Translations under genes and position numbers: made by a program | The notes under the pieces: model-generated | Seen by the model: only the letters and a program-made list of their open reading frames with translations | The model's database searches: none | What the model was told of the DNA's origin: nothing | Shown: piece after piece, positions 24,855-33,539 of the stretch | Layout: the number at the start of each line of letters is the position of its first letter | Numbering within the stretch: position 1 is the stretch's first letter | Virus record (IMG/VR): IMGVR_UViG_3300045988_127927 | Coordinates: 1 to 35,725 of that record | DNA length: 35,725 nt | Strand: one strand, 5' to 3' | Source of the DNA: a virus

Positions 24855-25051
24855 CTAGCGCCGTATGCGCTCGCTGTGGATGCCCGGCCAATGAGTACAC
24901 CTCATCATGCAGGGCGTGCTATATGCGCCGCCGCTACCGGGCATCTGTACCACAGAAACCCGCCGTTACCCGGCAACCTGTCTACACCGGAAAGGTTGCC
25001 GGGCGGGTACCCGCCCTAAACTCACTGATACCACCACGAAAGGAACACTAA
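24851..25051 (+). CDS. small zinc-finger protein (66 aa)
   Basis: Contains CARCGCP...SSCRACY. ATGA overlap with the upstream gene. Confidence 0.55.
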   Translation: MTSAVCARCGCPANEYTSSCRACYMRRRYRASVPQKPAVTRQPVYTGKVAGRVPALNSLIPPRKEH

Positions 25052-25054
25052 AAA

Positions 25055-25120
25055 ATGGACTTGCTAGGAATCTTGCTAGTCGCCTGGTTTATCCGGATGA
25101 TCTGGGGCATGAACAAGTAG
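25055..25120 (+). CDS. 21-aa hydrophobic micropeptide ORF (MDLLGILLVAWFIRMIWGMNK), tentative
   Basis: ATG after CCACGAAAGGAACACTAAAAA. The same CGAAAGGAAC RBS context precedes recT. Confidence 0.35.
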   Translation: MDLLGILLVAWFIRMIWGMNK

Positions 25121-25131
25121 GAGAACACCCC

Positions 25132-25440
25132 ATGACCGAATATTCACGCGACAAACTCTACGTGCAGCTTGACGCACTCCGAACCACCCTAGAAGAAGCA
25201 GTAGACGCAGGCGATATCTACGAGACCCCCTCCCACGTCTACCCCGGCGGCAACCGTAAGCCCGCATATCTCAACCTGAAAACCCCGGAAGAAACCGTAA
25301 CCATCACCTCAGAAAATGACGTAATCAACATCGAAGATCTGGAAGGCGTGATTATCGGTAACGGCAAGTGGCACATCATGCACGCGCTGGAACCCGGCGG
25401 CAAAGCCCCGCTAGGCGGCTTCATTCTTGAACGCATCTAA
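25132..25440 (+). CDS. hypothetical protein (102 aa)
   Basis: ATG after GTAGGAGAACACCCC. The track ORF from 24907 is an unlikely upstream extension overlapping two genes. Confidence 0.6.
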   Translation: MTEYSRDKLYVQLDALRTTLEEAVDAGDIYETPSHVYPGGNRKPAYLNLKTPEETVTITSENDVINIEDLEGVIIGNGKWHIMHALEPGGKAPLGGFILERI

Positions 25441-25454
25441 GAAGGAGATGACTA

Positions 25455-26069
25455 ATGACCGACACCACGCTAAAGCTAACCGAAGCGTTCAATAGGCACA
25501 ACAGTCTATACAACGCCTTGCTAGGCGGCATGAAGACCCTGACCACCTCCCACGCTGAGGAAATCGCCATCACCCTAGACGCGCGGCACGCCCGGGCACT
25601 AACCCGAATCCTAAACGCTGCACCACTCGACGGCGACCCACTCAACACCCGCGTAAACGTCGAAACTGACACGGACGCATGGGAAACCGACGCATCAAAA
25701 ATTAACCGGTATCTCGAAGAGAACGAATTAGACCCGACGCTAAATAATGTTGCGGCCGCGTTTATCTACGCAGAAACCGAATTCCCCCGCCTGGACATTG
25801 AACTACAGGGAAAGGAGTACCGTGTAACACGCATCACCAAGGTTGAGCAGTCTACAAGCGACGGCGGCGGGCGCGGTAGCGCCTCCACAAAAATTAAGGT
25901 GGACGCGCCCGGCTGGAACGAATACCCCGTATTTGAGTTTTGGGGAACCGAACTATACGACGTAGAAGGCGAAGAGTGCAAGAAGGCTAAAGCCCGCGCG
26001 CTTAGCTATTACCACCCCGATAACGTAGCAGCTTTAGGCGGTATCCTCATGGAGCACATTACCGACTAA
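25455..26069 (+). CDS. hypothetical protein (204 aa)
   Basis: GAAGGAG RBS. Confidence 0.65.
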   Translation: MTDTTLKLTEAFNRHNSLYNALLGGMKTLTTSHAEEIAITLDARHARALTRILNAAPLDGDPLNTRVNVETDTDAWETDASKINRYLEENELDPTLNNVAAAFIYAETEFPRLDIELQGKEYRVTRITKVEQSTSDGGGRGSASTKIKVDAPGWNEYPVFEFWGTELYDVEGEECKKAKARALSYYHPDNVAALGGILMEHITD

Positions 26070-26135
26070 CCACACCACAACCACGCGGGGCGACGGACAC
26101 AACACCGCCGCCCCGCACAATCCGAAAGGCACACC

Positions 26136-26393
26136 ATGCGAAAACTCGACGCAATAAAAGCCATGCTACTAAGCGCAACCATATACGGCGCGCTAACAAA
26201 TCCCGAGAAGCACGAATCTCAAAAAGACTACACACTAGTCCTAGACATGGACGGCGAAAACCCGCTAGGTGAACCCGCCGTAACACTCACCATGAACCTA
26301 AAATCCCTGAGCTACGTAGCTGGACTACTCACCGCCGGGCGACTCGCAACCGAGGCAGCAGACGCACGAAAGAAGAAGCCATTCAATGACTAA
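26136..26393 (+). CDS. hypothetical protein (85 aa)
   Basis: RBS CGAAAGG. Confidence 0.6.
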   Translation: MRKLDAIKAMLLSATIYGALTNPEKHESQKDYTLVLDMDGENPLGEPAVTLTMNLKSLSYVAGLLTAGRLATEAADARKKKPFND

Positions 26394-26622
26394 CAGCCCT
26401 AGAAAAGTAGACGTACTGATAAGCATAAGCACTGAGCAAGGCACGATCTACAAGCACCTCACCGGATGCACCCTAGACACAAGCAGCACAGAGGGAAACC
26501 AAGAGCGCACCGGAACCCTGACAATGGACATCGAACAAGCCGGGCAACTCATAGATTTTCTCGCAACCGGGCGGGCGACCATCGAGAAAATAGAACCAAC
26601 CCAAGGAGGAAAGACAGAATGA
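26386..26622 (+). CDS. hypothetical protein (78 aa)
   Basis: Start overlaps the upstream gene by 8 nt. Confidence 0.55.
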   Translation: MTNSPRKVDVLISISTEQGTIYKHLTGCTLDTSSTEGNQERTGTLTMDIEQAGQLIDFLATGRATIEKIEPTQGGKTE

Positions 26623-26909
26623 CAGAACCCATCACAAAAGACGAAATACTAAAGACCCTAAAATTCGCGCGAGAAATAGCAGACCTAGGAGGAAAGAGCG
26701 ACATACTAGCAGCAACCCACGCTACACTAACACGGCTCTTTCCAGCAATGCCCGGGCATATCGACATCACAGCAAAGACCTACACAATCAAGCCACACCC
26801 GCCCGAGGCAGAGACAACCGTAACGGTGACACTCACAACAACTCTAGACGGACTCTACTACCTAGACTACGAGCTAAACCAACTGGCAGAGGAAGCAGGA
26901 ATGTACTAA
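26619..26909 (+). CDS. hypothetical protein (96 aa)
   Basis: ATGA overlap with the upstream stop, AAGGAGGAAAG RBS. The track ORF from 26466 is an extension. Confidence 0.6.
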   Translation: MTEPITKDEILKTLKFAREIADLGGKSDILAATHATLTRLFPAMPGHIDITAKTYTIKPHPPEAETTVTVTLTTTLDGLYYLDYELNQLAEEAGMY

Positions 26910-27059
26910 CCCAATACGCTATAATGGATACGTAACATTCATACCGAATGATTACGGCGTTGTTTCGGATTCTAGACGAAACCCACACAGGATATTCAAA
27001 TAGCCCCGGCGACCGAAAACAGTAGGAGCCGGGGCTAACCCTTACCCACGGTAGGAGCC

Positions 27060-27368
27060 ATGACCAACAAACGAGATTCACGGTACCGCGCAGCACAACA
27101 GAAGTTCAAAGCCCGCGCCGCCGCTCACAACCTACCATGCAACATCTGTGGACACCCAATAGATTACACACTACCCCACAACGACGAATGGGGAAGCGTA
27201 AACATGGACGCATTCGAGTTAGATCATTTGTACGCAGTCGCTACCCACAAAGAACTAGAACTAGACCCCGCAAACTTCCGAGCCACACACGCAGGATGCA
27301 ACCGCGCCAAAGGCAATGACCGACAAACCGCAAAAACAAACCCCACAACCCGGCAATGGGTACGGTAG
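27060..27368 (+). CDS. HNH endonuclease
   Basis: CNICGHPIDY ... ELDHLYAVATH ... NFRATHAGCNRAKGN is an HNH motif with zinc-coordinating Cys. It lies immediately upstream of the terminase genes. Confidence 0.88.
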   Translation: MTNKRDSRYRAAQQKFKARAAAHNLPCNICGHPIDYTLPHNDEWGSVNMDAFELDHLYAVATHKELELDPANFRATHAGCNRAKGNDRQTAKTNPTTRQWVR

Positions 27369-27384
27369 AATAAAACCCGAACAC

Positions 27385-27509
27385 TAGAACACCCCAATAG
27401 AACACACATACGGGGGGCGGTAAAAAAATAGAACACACCTTCGACACCCAAACCTGGGCGCAGTGTCAATCTCCCCCCGCTGGAATTTACCGGGCATCGC
27501 GCGCGCGAT
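27385..27509 (+). promoter_or_regulatory. putative cos / terminase-recognition region
   Basis: Three TAGAACAC repeats (27385, 27398, 27429), G6 and C6 runs, and the 14-bp palindrome ATCGCGCGCGCGAT (27496-27509), all between the HNH and TerS genes. Confidence 0.45.
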
Positions 27510-27530
27510 TATAGCATTAGAGGTCTTTTT

Positions 27531-27905
27531 ATGAACATTTGGCGTATTGGCATGATGAAGAGCGTGCAAGAATCTATCACCGCCGCCGTGAACGACGGTT
27601 TGATTAAGAATGCAGATAGCGCTAAATGTGCGCTCGCGTTGAAGTATGCCGCCGCGTTGGATGAAGCCTACGAGCTGTACAACGAAGACGGTGATTTTGA
27701 TTTGCTGTTGAAGGCTCTGAATATTGTCGGTCCGAACCTCAACAAGGCGCTGGACTCTCTGGGTTGCGCCCCGTATTCGCGTAAGGATATGCAGGCGCAG
27801 GCGACCGAGACCGACCGACTAGATGAGCTTATCGAGCAGCGCGGCAAGGAAGACCCCGCGCTAGTCGCCCGGATCATGGCAGAGATTGAAGGTGAAGAGG
27901 ATTAG
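27531..27905 (+). CDS. terminase small subunit
   Basis: Lies upstream of TerL. 124 aa with an acidic C-terminus. ALDSLGCAPYSRKDMQ resembles the LGLTPaaR motif of P27-type TerS. Confidence 0.6.
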   Translation: MNIWRIGMMKSVQESITAAVNDGLIKNADSAKCALALKYAAALDEAYELYNEDGDFDLLLKALNIVGPNLNKALDSLGCAPYSRKDMQAQATETDRLDELIEQRGKEDPALVARIMAEIEGEED

Positions 27906-29487
27906 CGATTACTCCAAGCTCAAGGGTAAGGCGGTGCCCCGGCTGTGGACGCGCCCGCTCCGTGAGCTTACCCCGCTAACCACGTTCGGGTTTGAAGCTA
28001 TCCAGTTTGCAGAGCATGACCTAGGGCTAGAGCTGCACCCGTGGCAGAAGTGGTTTCTGTTGCACTCGCTGGAGCTGGAGCCTGGCTATGAGACGGGCGA
28101 CCCGCTCCCCATGTTGCGCTATAAAACAGTTGTGCTCTTGGTTTCTCGACAGAACGGCAAATCATTTGTTCTTTCCGCGCGGCTTCTTTGGCGTATGTTC
28201 ATGTGGGATAAAGGCGTAAAGCCGCCGCTAATTCTGAGCACGGCGCATAAGCTGTCACTAGCGGAAGAGATTCTAGATGATGCGCACCGTACCGTATCCC
28301 TCTCTGAGATGCATGACCGCATAGCGCAAAGGTCTAACACGAACGGCAATAAGTTTTTTCGCCTGGATAACGGCGCGCGCTGGAAGTGCGAGGCGGCATC
28401 AGATGACGGCGGGCGCGGCCTGTCCGTAACTGATCTAGCCTTTGATGAGTTGCGACAACAAAAAGAGTGGAGCGCATGGGCGGCTATGACCAACACGATT
28501 AACGCCGTGCAGTCTAGCCAGACTATCGCCGTGTCTAATGCTGGCGAGGCTAAAAGCGAGGTGTTGCGCTCGCTTAGGTCTAAAGCTCTTGAGGAGATAG
28601 AGGCGCGGGCGACGGCAGAGAAACGCGGCGAAGAGTACGCGCCGGTTGATGCCTCACTGGGACTCTTCGAGTGGAGCGCGCCGGATGATTGCGACATTTG
28701 GGATACCGCCGGGTGGTGCCAGGCTAACCCGTCTTTGGGTTATCCTAACTCGATTACCGGCGACATGCTCGCATCGAAGGCCGCGCTAGTCGGTGAACCC
28801 GGCGCGGGGTTGCCAGAGCACAAGTTTAGGACTGAAAACCTGTGCCAGTGGGTGAACGTCACGGCGGACTCGCTGTTCAGCTCCGAGGAATTGGAAGCGT
28901 GTCTAGACCCTGAATCTATGATCGCACCGGATAGCCCGGTGTATCTTTCTGTGGACGTTTCGCGTGACCGCAAGATGACAAGCCTATCAATCGCTGGTTT
29001 TCGGGACGACGGCAAACCACACGTTGAGTTCGTGACTCAACGAGCCTTTACCGAGTGGGTACCGGAATTTTTGGCTAATGGGCTTGCGTTCAAGCCCGCC
29101 GCCGTGATTATGCAGGGGCGCGGCTGTGCTGCATCGTCGCTAATCCCGTTCATTGAACAGGCTGGTACGCCGGTTGTTCGGTGCGAGGGCGGCGACCTCC
29201 CCAATGCCTACGGCTTGTTCTATGACCGGGTGATGGAGAAGTCGGTTAGCTGGATTGAGCAGGAAACGCTCATAGGCGCGCTCTCAGAGATTCGCACCAA
29301 ATCGACCGGCGACGCATTTCTATTCAACCGCGAGAAGTCGCCGGTTGATATTGCCCCGGCGTGTGCCGCCGCGTTCGCCCTATGGGGTTTGCTGAACACG
29401 GTTGCAGGGGCGAAAAAAGAAAGTGCGTATAATGAAGCTGAAATGTGGTATAAGCAAGAAGAAGATGAAGGGGGTAAATGGTGGTAG
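27886..29487 (+). CDS. terminase large subunit
   Basis: HPWQKWFLLHSLE and the Walker A-like VVLLVSRQNGKS, followed by a nuclease-domain-sized C-terminus. The start is uncertain (TTG 27886 or GTG 27892). Confidence 0.9.
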   Translation: MKVKRISDYSKLKGKAVPRLWTRPLRELTPLTTFGFEAIQFAEHDLGLELHPWQKWFLLHSLELEPGYETGDPLPMLRYKTVVLLVSRQNGKSFVLSARLLWRMFMWDKGVKPPLILSTAHKLSLAEEILDDAHRTVSLSEMHDRIAQRSNTNGNKFFRLDNGARWKCEAASDDGGRGLSVTDLAFDELRQQKEWSAWAAMTNTINAVQSSQTIAVSNAGEAKSEVLRSLRSKALEEIEARATAEKRGEEYAPVDASLGLFEWSAPDDCDIWDTAGWCQANPSLGYPNSITGDMLASKAALVGEPGAGLPEHKFRTENLCQWVNVTADSLFSSEELEACLDPESMIAPDSPVYLSVDVSRDRKMTSLSIAGFRDDGKPHVEFVTQRAFTEWVPEFLANGLAFKPAAVIMQGRGCAASSLIPFIEQAGTPVVRCEGGDLPNAYGLFYDRVMEKSVSWIEQETLIGALSEIRTKSTGDAFLFNREKSPVDIAPACAAAFALWGLLNTVAGAKKESAYNEAEMWYKQEEDEGGKWW

Positions 29488-30995
29488 CGCCTGGTATTAG
29501 TAATATCGGTCATATTATCGTTGATGCTTTCCGCTCGCGTACCCCGCGTACGGCGGCGGCCTGGGACGGGCGACCGGTTGATATTTTCGTGAACGGCGGC
29601 GGCGGCTCTGATAATGTGTCGCCGCAAAACGCAAGCTATGAATCAATGTACCGGTATCAGCCGCATCTCCGAACCGCTATTGACTTCTTGGCTTCCAACA
29701 TTGCGCAGCTGTCGATTCACAGTTTTAAGCGCGGCGGTGATGGTTCGCGCTCGCGTGAAACCGAGTCGCTGGCACATGCCCGCTTGTCGGTGAATCCGAA
29801 CCGGTACATGACCGGGTACGAACTGATCTATAGCCTGGTTGCTGATATGGCGCTGTACAATCGGGCGTATTGGTTTTTTGCACCGGGTGAAGACGGACGA
29901 ATCGAGATTCACCCGTTCCCGGCGGGCTGGGTTTCCCCGGTTTTTGCGGACTTCTCGACGGTTGATTACTATTCGGTGAAGGTTCCCGGCGGCTCCGAGG
30001 AGCTGAAAATCTCCCCTGAAAATTGTGTCGCGTTCAACGGCTGGAGTCCCGGGCTAACGTCCCCGTCGTCCCCGGTGGATTCTTTGCGCCTGGTGCTGGA
30101 AGAGAATTACCATTCGCGAAAATACCGCGTTCAGTTTTGGCGTAATCATGGCCGCGTCGGTACGTACCTTTCCCGTCCGGTAAACGCGCCGGATTGGGAT
30201 AACACGGCGCGCCGCCGCTTCTACAGCATGTGGGAAGATTTTACGTCGGATACGGGCGCGCGTGCCGGTTCTACGCCGCTTCTTGAGGACGGCATCGAGA
30301 TTAAGAGCAATTCTTTTAAGAGCGCAGATGAGGAATGGGCAGATTCGGTGCGCCTGGGTTTGCAGACGGTTGCACAGGTCTATCAGATCCCGCCGGGCAT
30401 GATTGGTGCAGATAGCACCGAAACTTACGGCTCCCTAAAGGAGCGTAACCGAATGTTGTTCAAGAACACGCTAGGCGCGCGTATCCGATTTATCGAAGAC
30501 CGTATCAACGCCTTTGTACTCCCTATCCTGGGAATTGATAACACTGAATTTTTCGTTGAGTTCAATACCGAGGGGATGCTACGCGGCGACTTCGAGACGC
30601 AGGCAGCTATCATGTCCACGGCGACCGGCGGCGCTTGGATGACTCGCAACGAGTCCCGCGCGCTTATGAACCTACCGCCGCTTGACATGCCCGGTGCGGA
30701 TGAGCTGATTACCCCGCTAAATGTCATGGTAGGTGGGCAGACATCACCGCAAGACGGCGGCACCGCGTTTCAGGGCGGCGGCAAAAACCGAACGGTCATT
30801 CTAAAATTCTTGGAGCGGTGCGACCGCATCAAGACCGCGCGAGGAATTGCAGATATGCCGTGGGGTAGGCTAACCCGTGAGCTGACTGATGACCTGGACG
30901 GTAACGCAGAATTTGCTAAGGCGATTACCGACGCGCTCGCTAAGATGCAGGGCGGCGCTTTCGTGGACATGATTACTGCATTTGAGGAGAAATAG
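29478..30995 (+). CDS. portal protein (HK97 family)
   Basis: 505 aa, follows TerL. The conserved portal core pattern (YRYQPHLRTAIDFLASNIAQLSIHSFKR etc.) is present. Confidence 0.88.
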   Translation: MVVAPGISNIGHIIVDAFRSRTPRTAAAWDGRPVDIFVNGGGGSDNVSPQNASYESMYRYQPHLRTAIDFLASNIAQLSIHSFKRGGDGSRSRETESLAHARLSVNPNRYMTGYELIYSLVADMALYNRAYWFFAPGEDGRIEIHPFPAGWVSPVFADFSTVDYYSVKVPGGSEELKISPENCVAFNGWSPGLTSPSSPVDSLRLVLEENYHSRKYRVQFWRNHGRVGTYLSRPVNAPDWDNTARRRFYSMWEDFTSDTGARAGSTPLLEDGIEIKSNSFKSADEEWADSVRLGLQTVAQVYQIPPGMIGADSTETYGSLKERNRMLFKNTLGARIRFIEDRINAFVLPILGIDNTEFFVEFNTEGMLRGDFETQAAIMSTATGGAWMTRNESRALMNLPPLDMPGADELITPLNVMVGGQTSPQDGGTAFQGGGKNRTVILKFLERCDRIKTARGIADMPWGRLTRELTDDLDGNAEFAKAITDALAKMQGGAFVDMITAFEEK

Positions 30996-30996
30996 A

Positions 30997-31743
30997 ATGA
31001 CCATTCAGTTTAAGGACGCGGCAGGCTTCCAGGAGACCGAGGACGGCAGCGGCATTTTTGAGGGTTACGCCTCTGTGTTTGGCAACGTCGATTCTTACGG
31101 TGACAAGGTGATTAAGGGCGCGTTTGCTAAGTCGCTGGCTAAGTCGTTCCCGAACGACGGCGCGGGTATCCCCTGTTATTGGAGTCACCGCATGGACGAC
31201 CCGGAATTTATTCTAGGCAAGACCATTAGCGCCGTGGAAGATGAGCACGGTCTCAAGGTTCGCGTTAGCCTTGACCTTGAGAATCCGAAGGCGGCGGCCG
31301 CGTACCGTGCTTTGAAGGCGGGCGCGGTGAATCAAATGTCATTCGCCTATGAGGTGCTTGATAGCCACTTTGTACCCGAGAAGGGCGCGAAGTACGGCGG
31401 CGTGAACGAGCTTCGAGAACTGAATATTTTTGAAGTCTCCGTAGTGCAGATTGGTGCGAATACCGCTACGAGTATTGACATGGTAAAATCGGCTATGAAG
31501 AACGACGATTCTATTTCTATTTCTACCCCCGGCGCTATCGAGCAGCTGGAAGAAGTAGTAGACGTTCTCCGTAATATCATTGATTCCGCTAAGACTGATA
31601 GTAGTGATGAGGAGCTGGATACGGCGGGTGACTCAGAGGAACCGGAAACGGTCAATGAGCAGACCCCCGCGCCGGTCAAGTCGTGTACGCTCTCAGACTC
31701 AGAGCGCGAATATTTCAAGAGCATTTTCAATGTAAAGAAGTAA
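30997..31743 (+). CDS. prohead protease (HK97/S78 family) with acidic C-terminal extension
   Basis: FEGYASVFGNVDSYGDKVIKGAF, WSHRMDD and VNQMSFAY match the S78 catalytic His/Ser blocks. Confidence 0.88.
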   Translation: MTIQFKDAAGFQETEDGSGIFEGYASVFGNVDSYGDKVIKGAFAKSLAKSFPNDGAGIPCYWSHRMDDPEFILGKTISAVEDEHGLKVRVSLDLENPKAAAAYRALKAGAVNQMSFAYEVLDSHFVPEKGAKYGGVNELRELNIFEVSVVQIGANTATSIDMVKSAMKNDDSISISTPGAIEQLEEVVDVLRNIIDSAKTDSSDEELDTAGDSEEPETVNEQTPAPVKSCTLSDSEREYFKSIFNVKK

Positions 31744-31753
31744 AGGAGTGGAT

Positions 31754-33001
31754 ATGTCCAAGACTATGACTATTCACGAGCGCCTGGAAGAGGCACGCGC
31801 TAAGGGCGCGGATATTCTGGCCGCGGTAGACCGTGGCGAGGATGTAGACGTAGCAGAGCTTAAGGCGGCAGGTGACGAAGTTACCCGCCTTGAGACCCTG
31901 GCGACCGAGGCAGAGGCGGCGCGCTCCATGTTTAAGAGCATGGGCACCGCGCGCGAGGCTGTAAAGAGCGCAGAGGTTGAGACCCCCGCCCCGGCTGGTT
32001 CGCTGGGTGAGCAGGTTGCCGCCGCTTTCATGAAGTCCGGTACCCTGTCGGCTCTGGGTGCGCAGGTTCAGCACACCCGAGGCGAGTTCTACAGCTCTAA
32101 GGCACCGGGCGACCCGACCACCACCACTAACGCGGTTACCGGTAACGGCCTGACCGTTGCACTTACCGACGTTGATAAGAACGTCGTCAAGCCTTACGCT
32201 CTTCCTTTCTCCATTTCGTCGTGGCTGTCGAGCGGTACCCTGTCGGGTAACTCCCTGACTTATTTTGTCGCTAACGAGTGGACTTCTTCGAGCGGCCGCC
32301 CCGGCGTGGTTGGTGAGAACGGCAAGAAGCCCGGCGCGACCGCGCCCGCGTTCGAGACTAAGACCCTCCCGCTCCGCAAGATTGCGGGCTGGGTTGCACA
32401 GTCCGACGAAATGGCGGAAGACGCCGGTTTCCTGTCTTCGCTCATCAATGAGCAGCTTCTCGACGAGCTTAAGAAGGCCGAAGAGGAACAGATCGTATCT
32501 GGTACTGGTACCGGTAATGACCTGACCGGTATTCTGTCTACCCCGGGTATTTTCTCCGAGGCTGTAGCGACCACCGCCGCTAAGGACGTGCTTGAAAGCA
32601 TGTACAAGGTTAAGACCAAGATTGAAGCGGCTTCCGGTATGTCGGTTGATGCGGTTATCGTGAACCCTGAGGATATCGCAGGTATTCGCCTGGCGACCGA
32701 CTCTAACGGTCAGTATCTGTTTGGTGGCCCCGCGTACGCGCCCTATGGCAATGGCCCGTTTGTTGCAGACCTGAACGCTTTCGGTGTGCCTATTTATGTG
32801 TCTAAAGCTGTACCGCCTAAGACCGTTCTTGTCGGTAGCTCTAAGGGTGCGACCGTGTACCGCAAGGGCGGCGTACGTGTGGAAGTCTCGAATAATGTTA
32901 ATGATGATTTTCTGTACAACCGCTTCCGTGTGCTGGCAGAAGAGCGTCTTCTGTTGGCTGTGAAGCAGCCGAAGGCTTTCGGTAAGCTTACCTTGAAGTA
33001 A
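31754..33001 (+). CDS. major capsid protein (HK97 fold) with N-terminal delta/scaffold-like coiled coil
   Basis: AAAGGAG RBS. Contains LTGILSTPGI and AVIVNPEDIAGIRLATDSNGQYLFGGP, blocks typical of Phage_capsid. Confidence 0.92.
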   Translation: MSKTMTIHERLEEARAKGADILAAVDRGEDVDVAELKAAGDEVTRLETLATEAEAARSMFKSMGTAREAVKSAEVETPAPAGSLGEQVAAAFMKSGTLSALGAQVQHTRGEFYSSKAPGDPTTTTNAVTGNGLTVALTDVDKNVVKPYALPFSISSWLSSGTLSGNSLTYFVANEWTSSSGRPGVVGENGKKPGATAPAFETKTLPLRKIAGWVAQSDEMAEDAGFLSSLINEQLLDELKKAEEEQIVSGTGTGNDLTGILSTPGIFSEAVATTAAKDVLESMYKVKTKIEAASGMSVDAVIVNPEDIAGIRLATDSNGQYLFGGPAYAPYGNGPFVADLNAFGVPIYVSKAVPPKTVLVGSSKGATVYRKGGVRVEVSNNVNDDFLYNRFRVLAEERLLLAVKQPKAFGKLTLK

Positions 33002-33030
33002 AACGGTTATTCCTTTTGAGAGGGGGAAAT

Positions 33031-33537
33031 ATGCGCTATCCGTCGCTTGCTAACACTAATGTTCCGGTGAATCTTGATGAAGTTGCCGGGGAAATGGTGC
33101 GCGGCTATTGTGGCTGGCATGTTTCCCCCTCGCTTGAGGAGACGTTTAGGCTGGACGGTACGGGCGGTAACCGCTTCCATCTTCCGAGTAACCATGTCGA
33201 GAACGTCCATTCTGTTTTTGTGGACGGCGTGCAGGTGAACGGCTATTCGTTTTCAACGGATGGTTGGGTACAGCTCCCGCCGGGCGTGGTTACCCCTAAG
33301 AAGCCGGGTGCGGTTGTTGTGACCGCGCGGCATGGCTGGGATTACGTCCCGGCTGTGCAGTCTGTCATTAAGTCGGTTCGGCAGCGTTTGGAGATGGACG
33401 CGGGCAACGTCGTTTCACAGCGCGCGGGTACACAGTATGTGGCCTATGGCTCCCGTGATGGTGAGTCCACCGGTGGCTATTTGCTACAGACTGAACGCGC
33501 GGCGCTCGCGCCGTACAAGCTGGAACAGGTGATCTAG
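33031..33537 (+). CDS. head-tail adaptor (gp6-like connector)
   Basis: First gene after the capsid gene. GAGAGGGGG RBS. Confidence 0.6.
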   Translation: MRYPSLANTNVPVNLDEVAGEMVRGYCGWHVSPSLEETFRLDGTGGNRFHLPSNHVENVHSVFVDGVQVNGYSFSTDGWVQLPPGVVTPKKPGAVVVTARHGWDYVPAVQSVIKSVRQRLEMDAGNVVSQRAGTQYVAYGSRDGESTGGYLLQTERAALAPYKLEQVI

Positions 33538-33539
33538 CC

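Noticed and set aside
24907-25131. Long N-terminal extension of ORF 24907-25440 (177 aa)
   Set aside because: The extension overlaps the zinc-finger gene and the micro-ORF in another frame and reads as Arg/Pro/Thr-rich filler. The ATG at 25132 has a GTAGGAG RBS.
26466-26618. N-terminal extension of ORF 26466-26909 (147 aa)
   Set aside because: It overlaps gene 26386-26622 completely and translates as His/Arg/Pro-rich low complexity. ATG 26619 has an AAGGAGGAAAG RBS and an ATGA overlap with the upstream stop.
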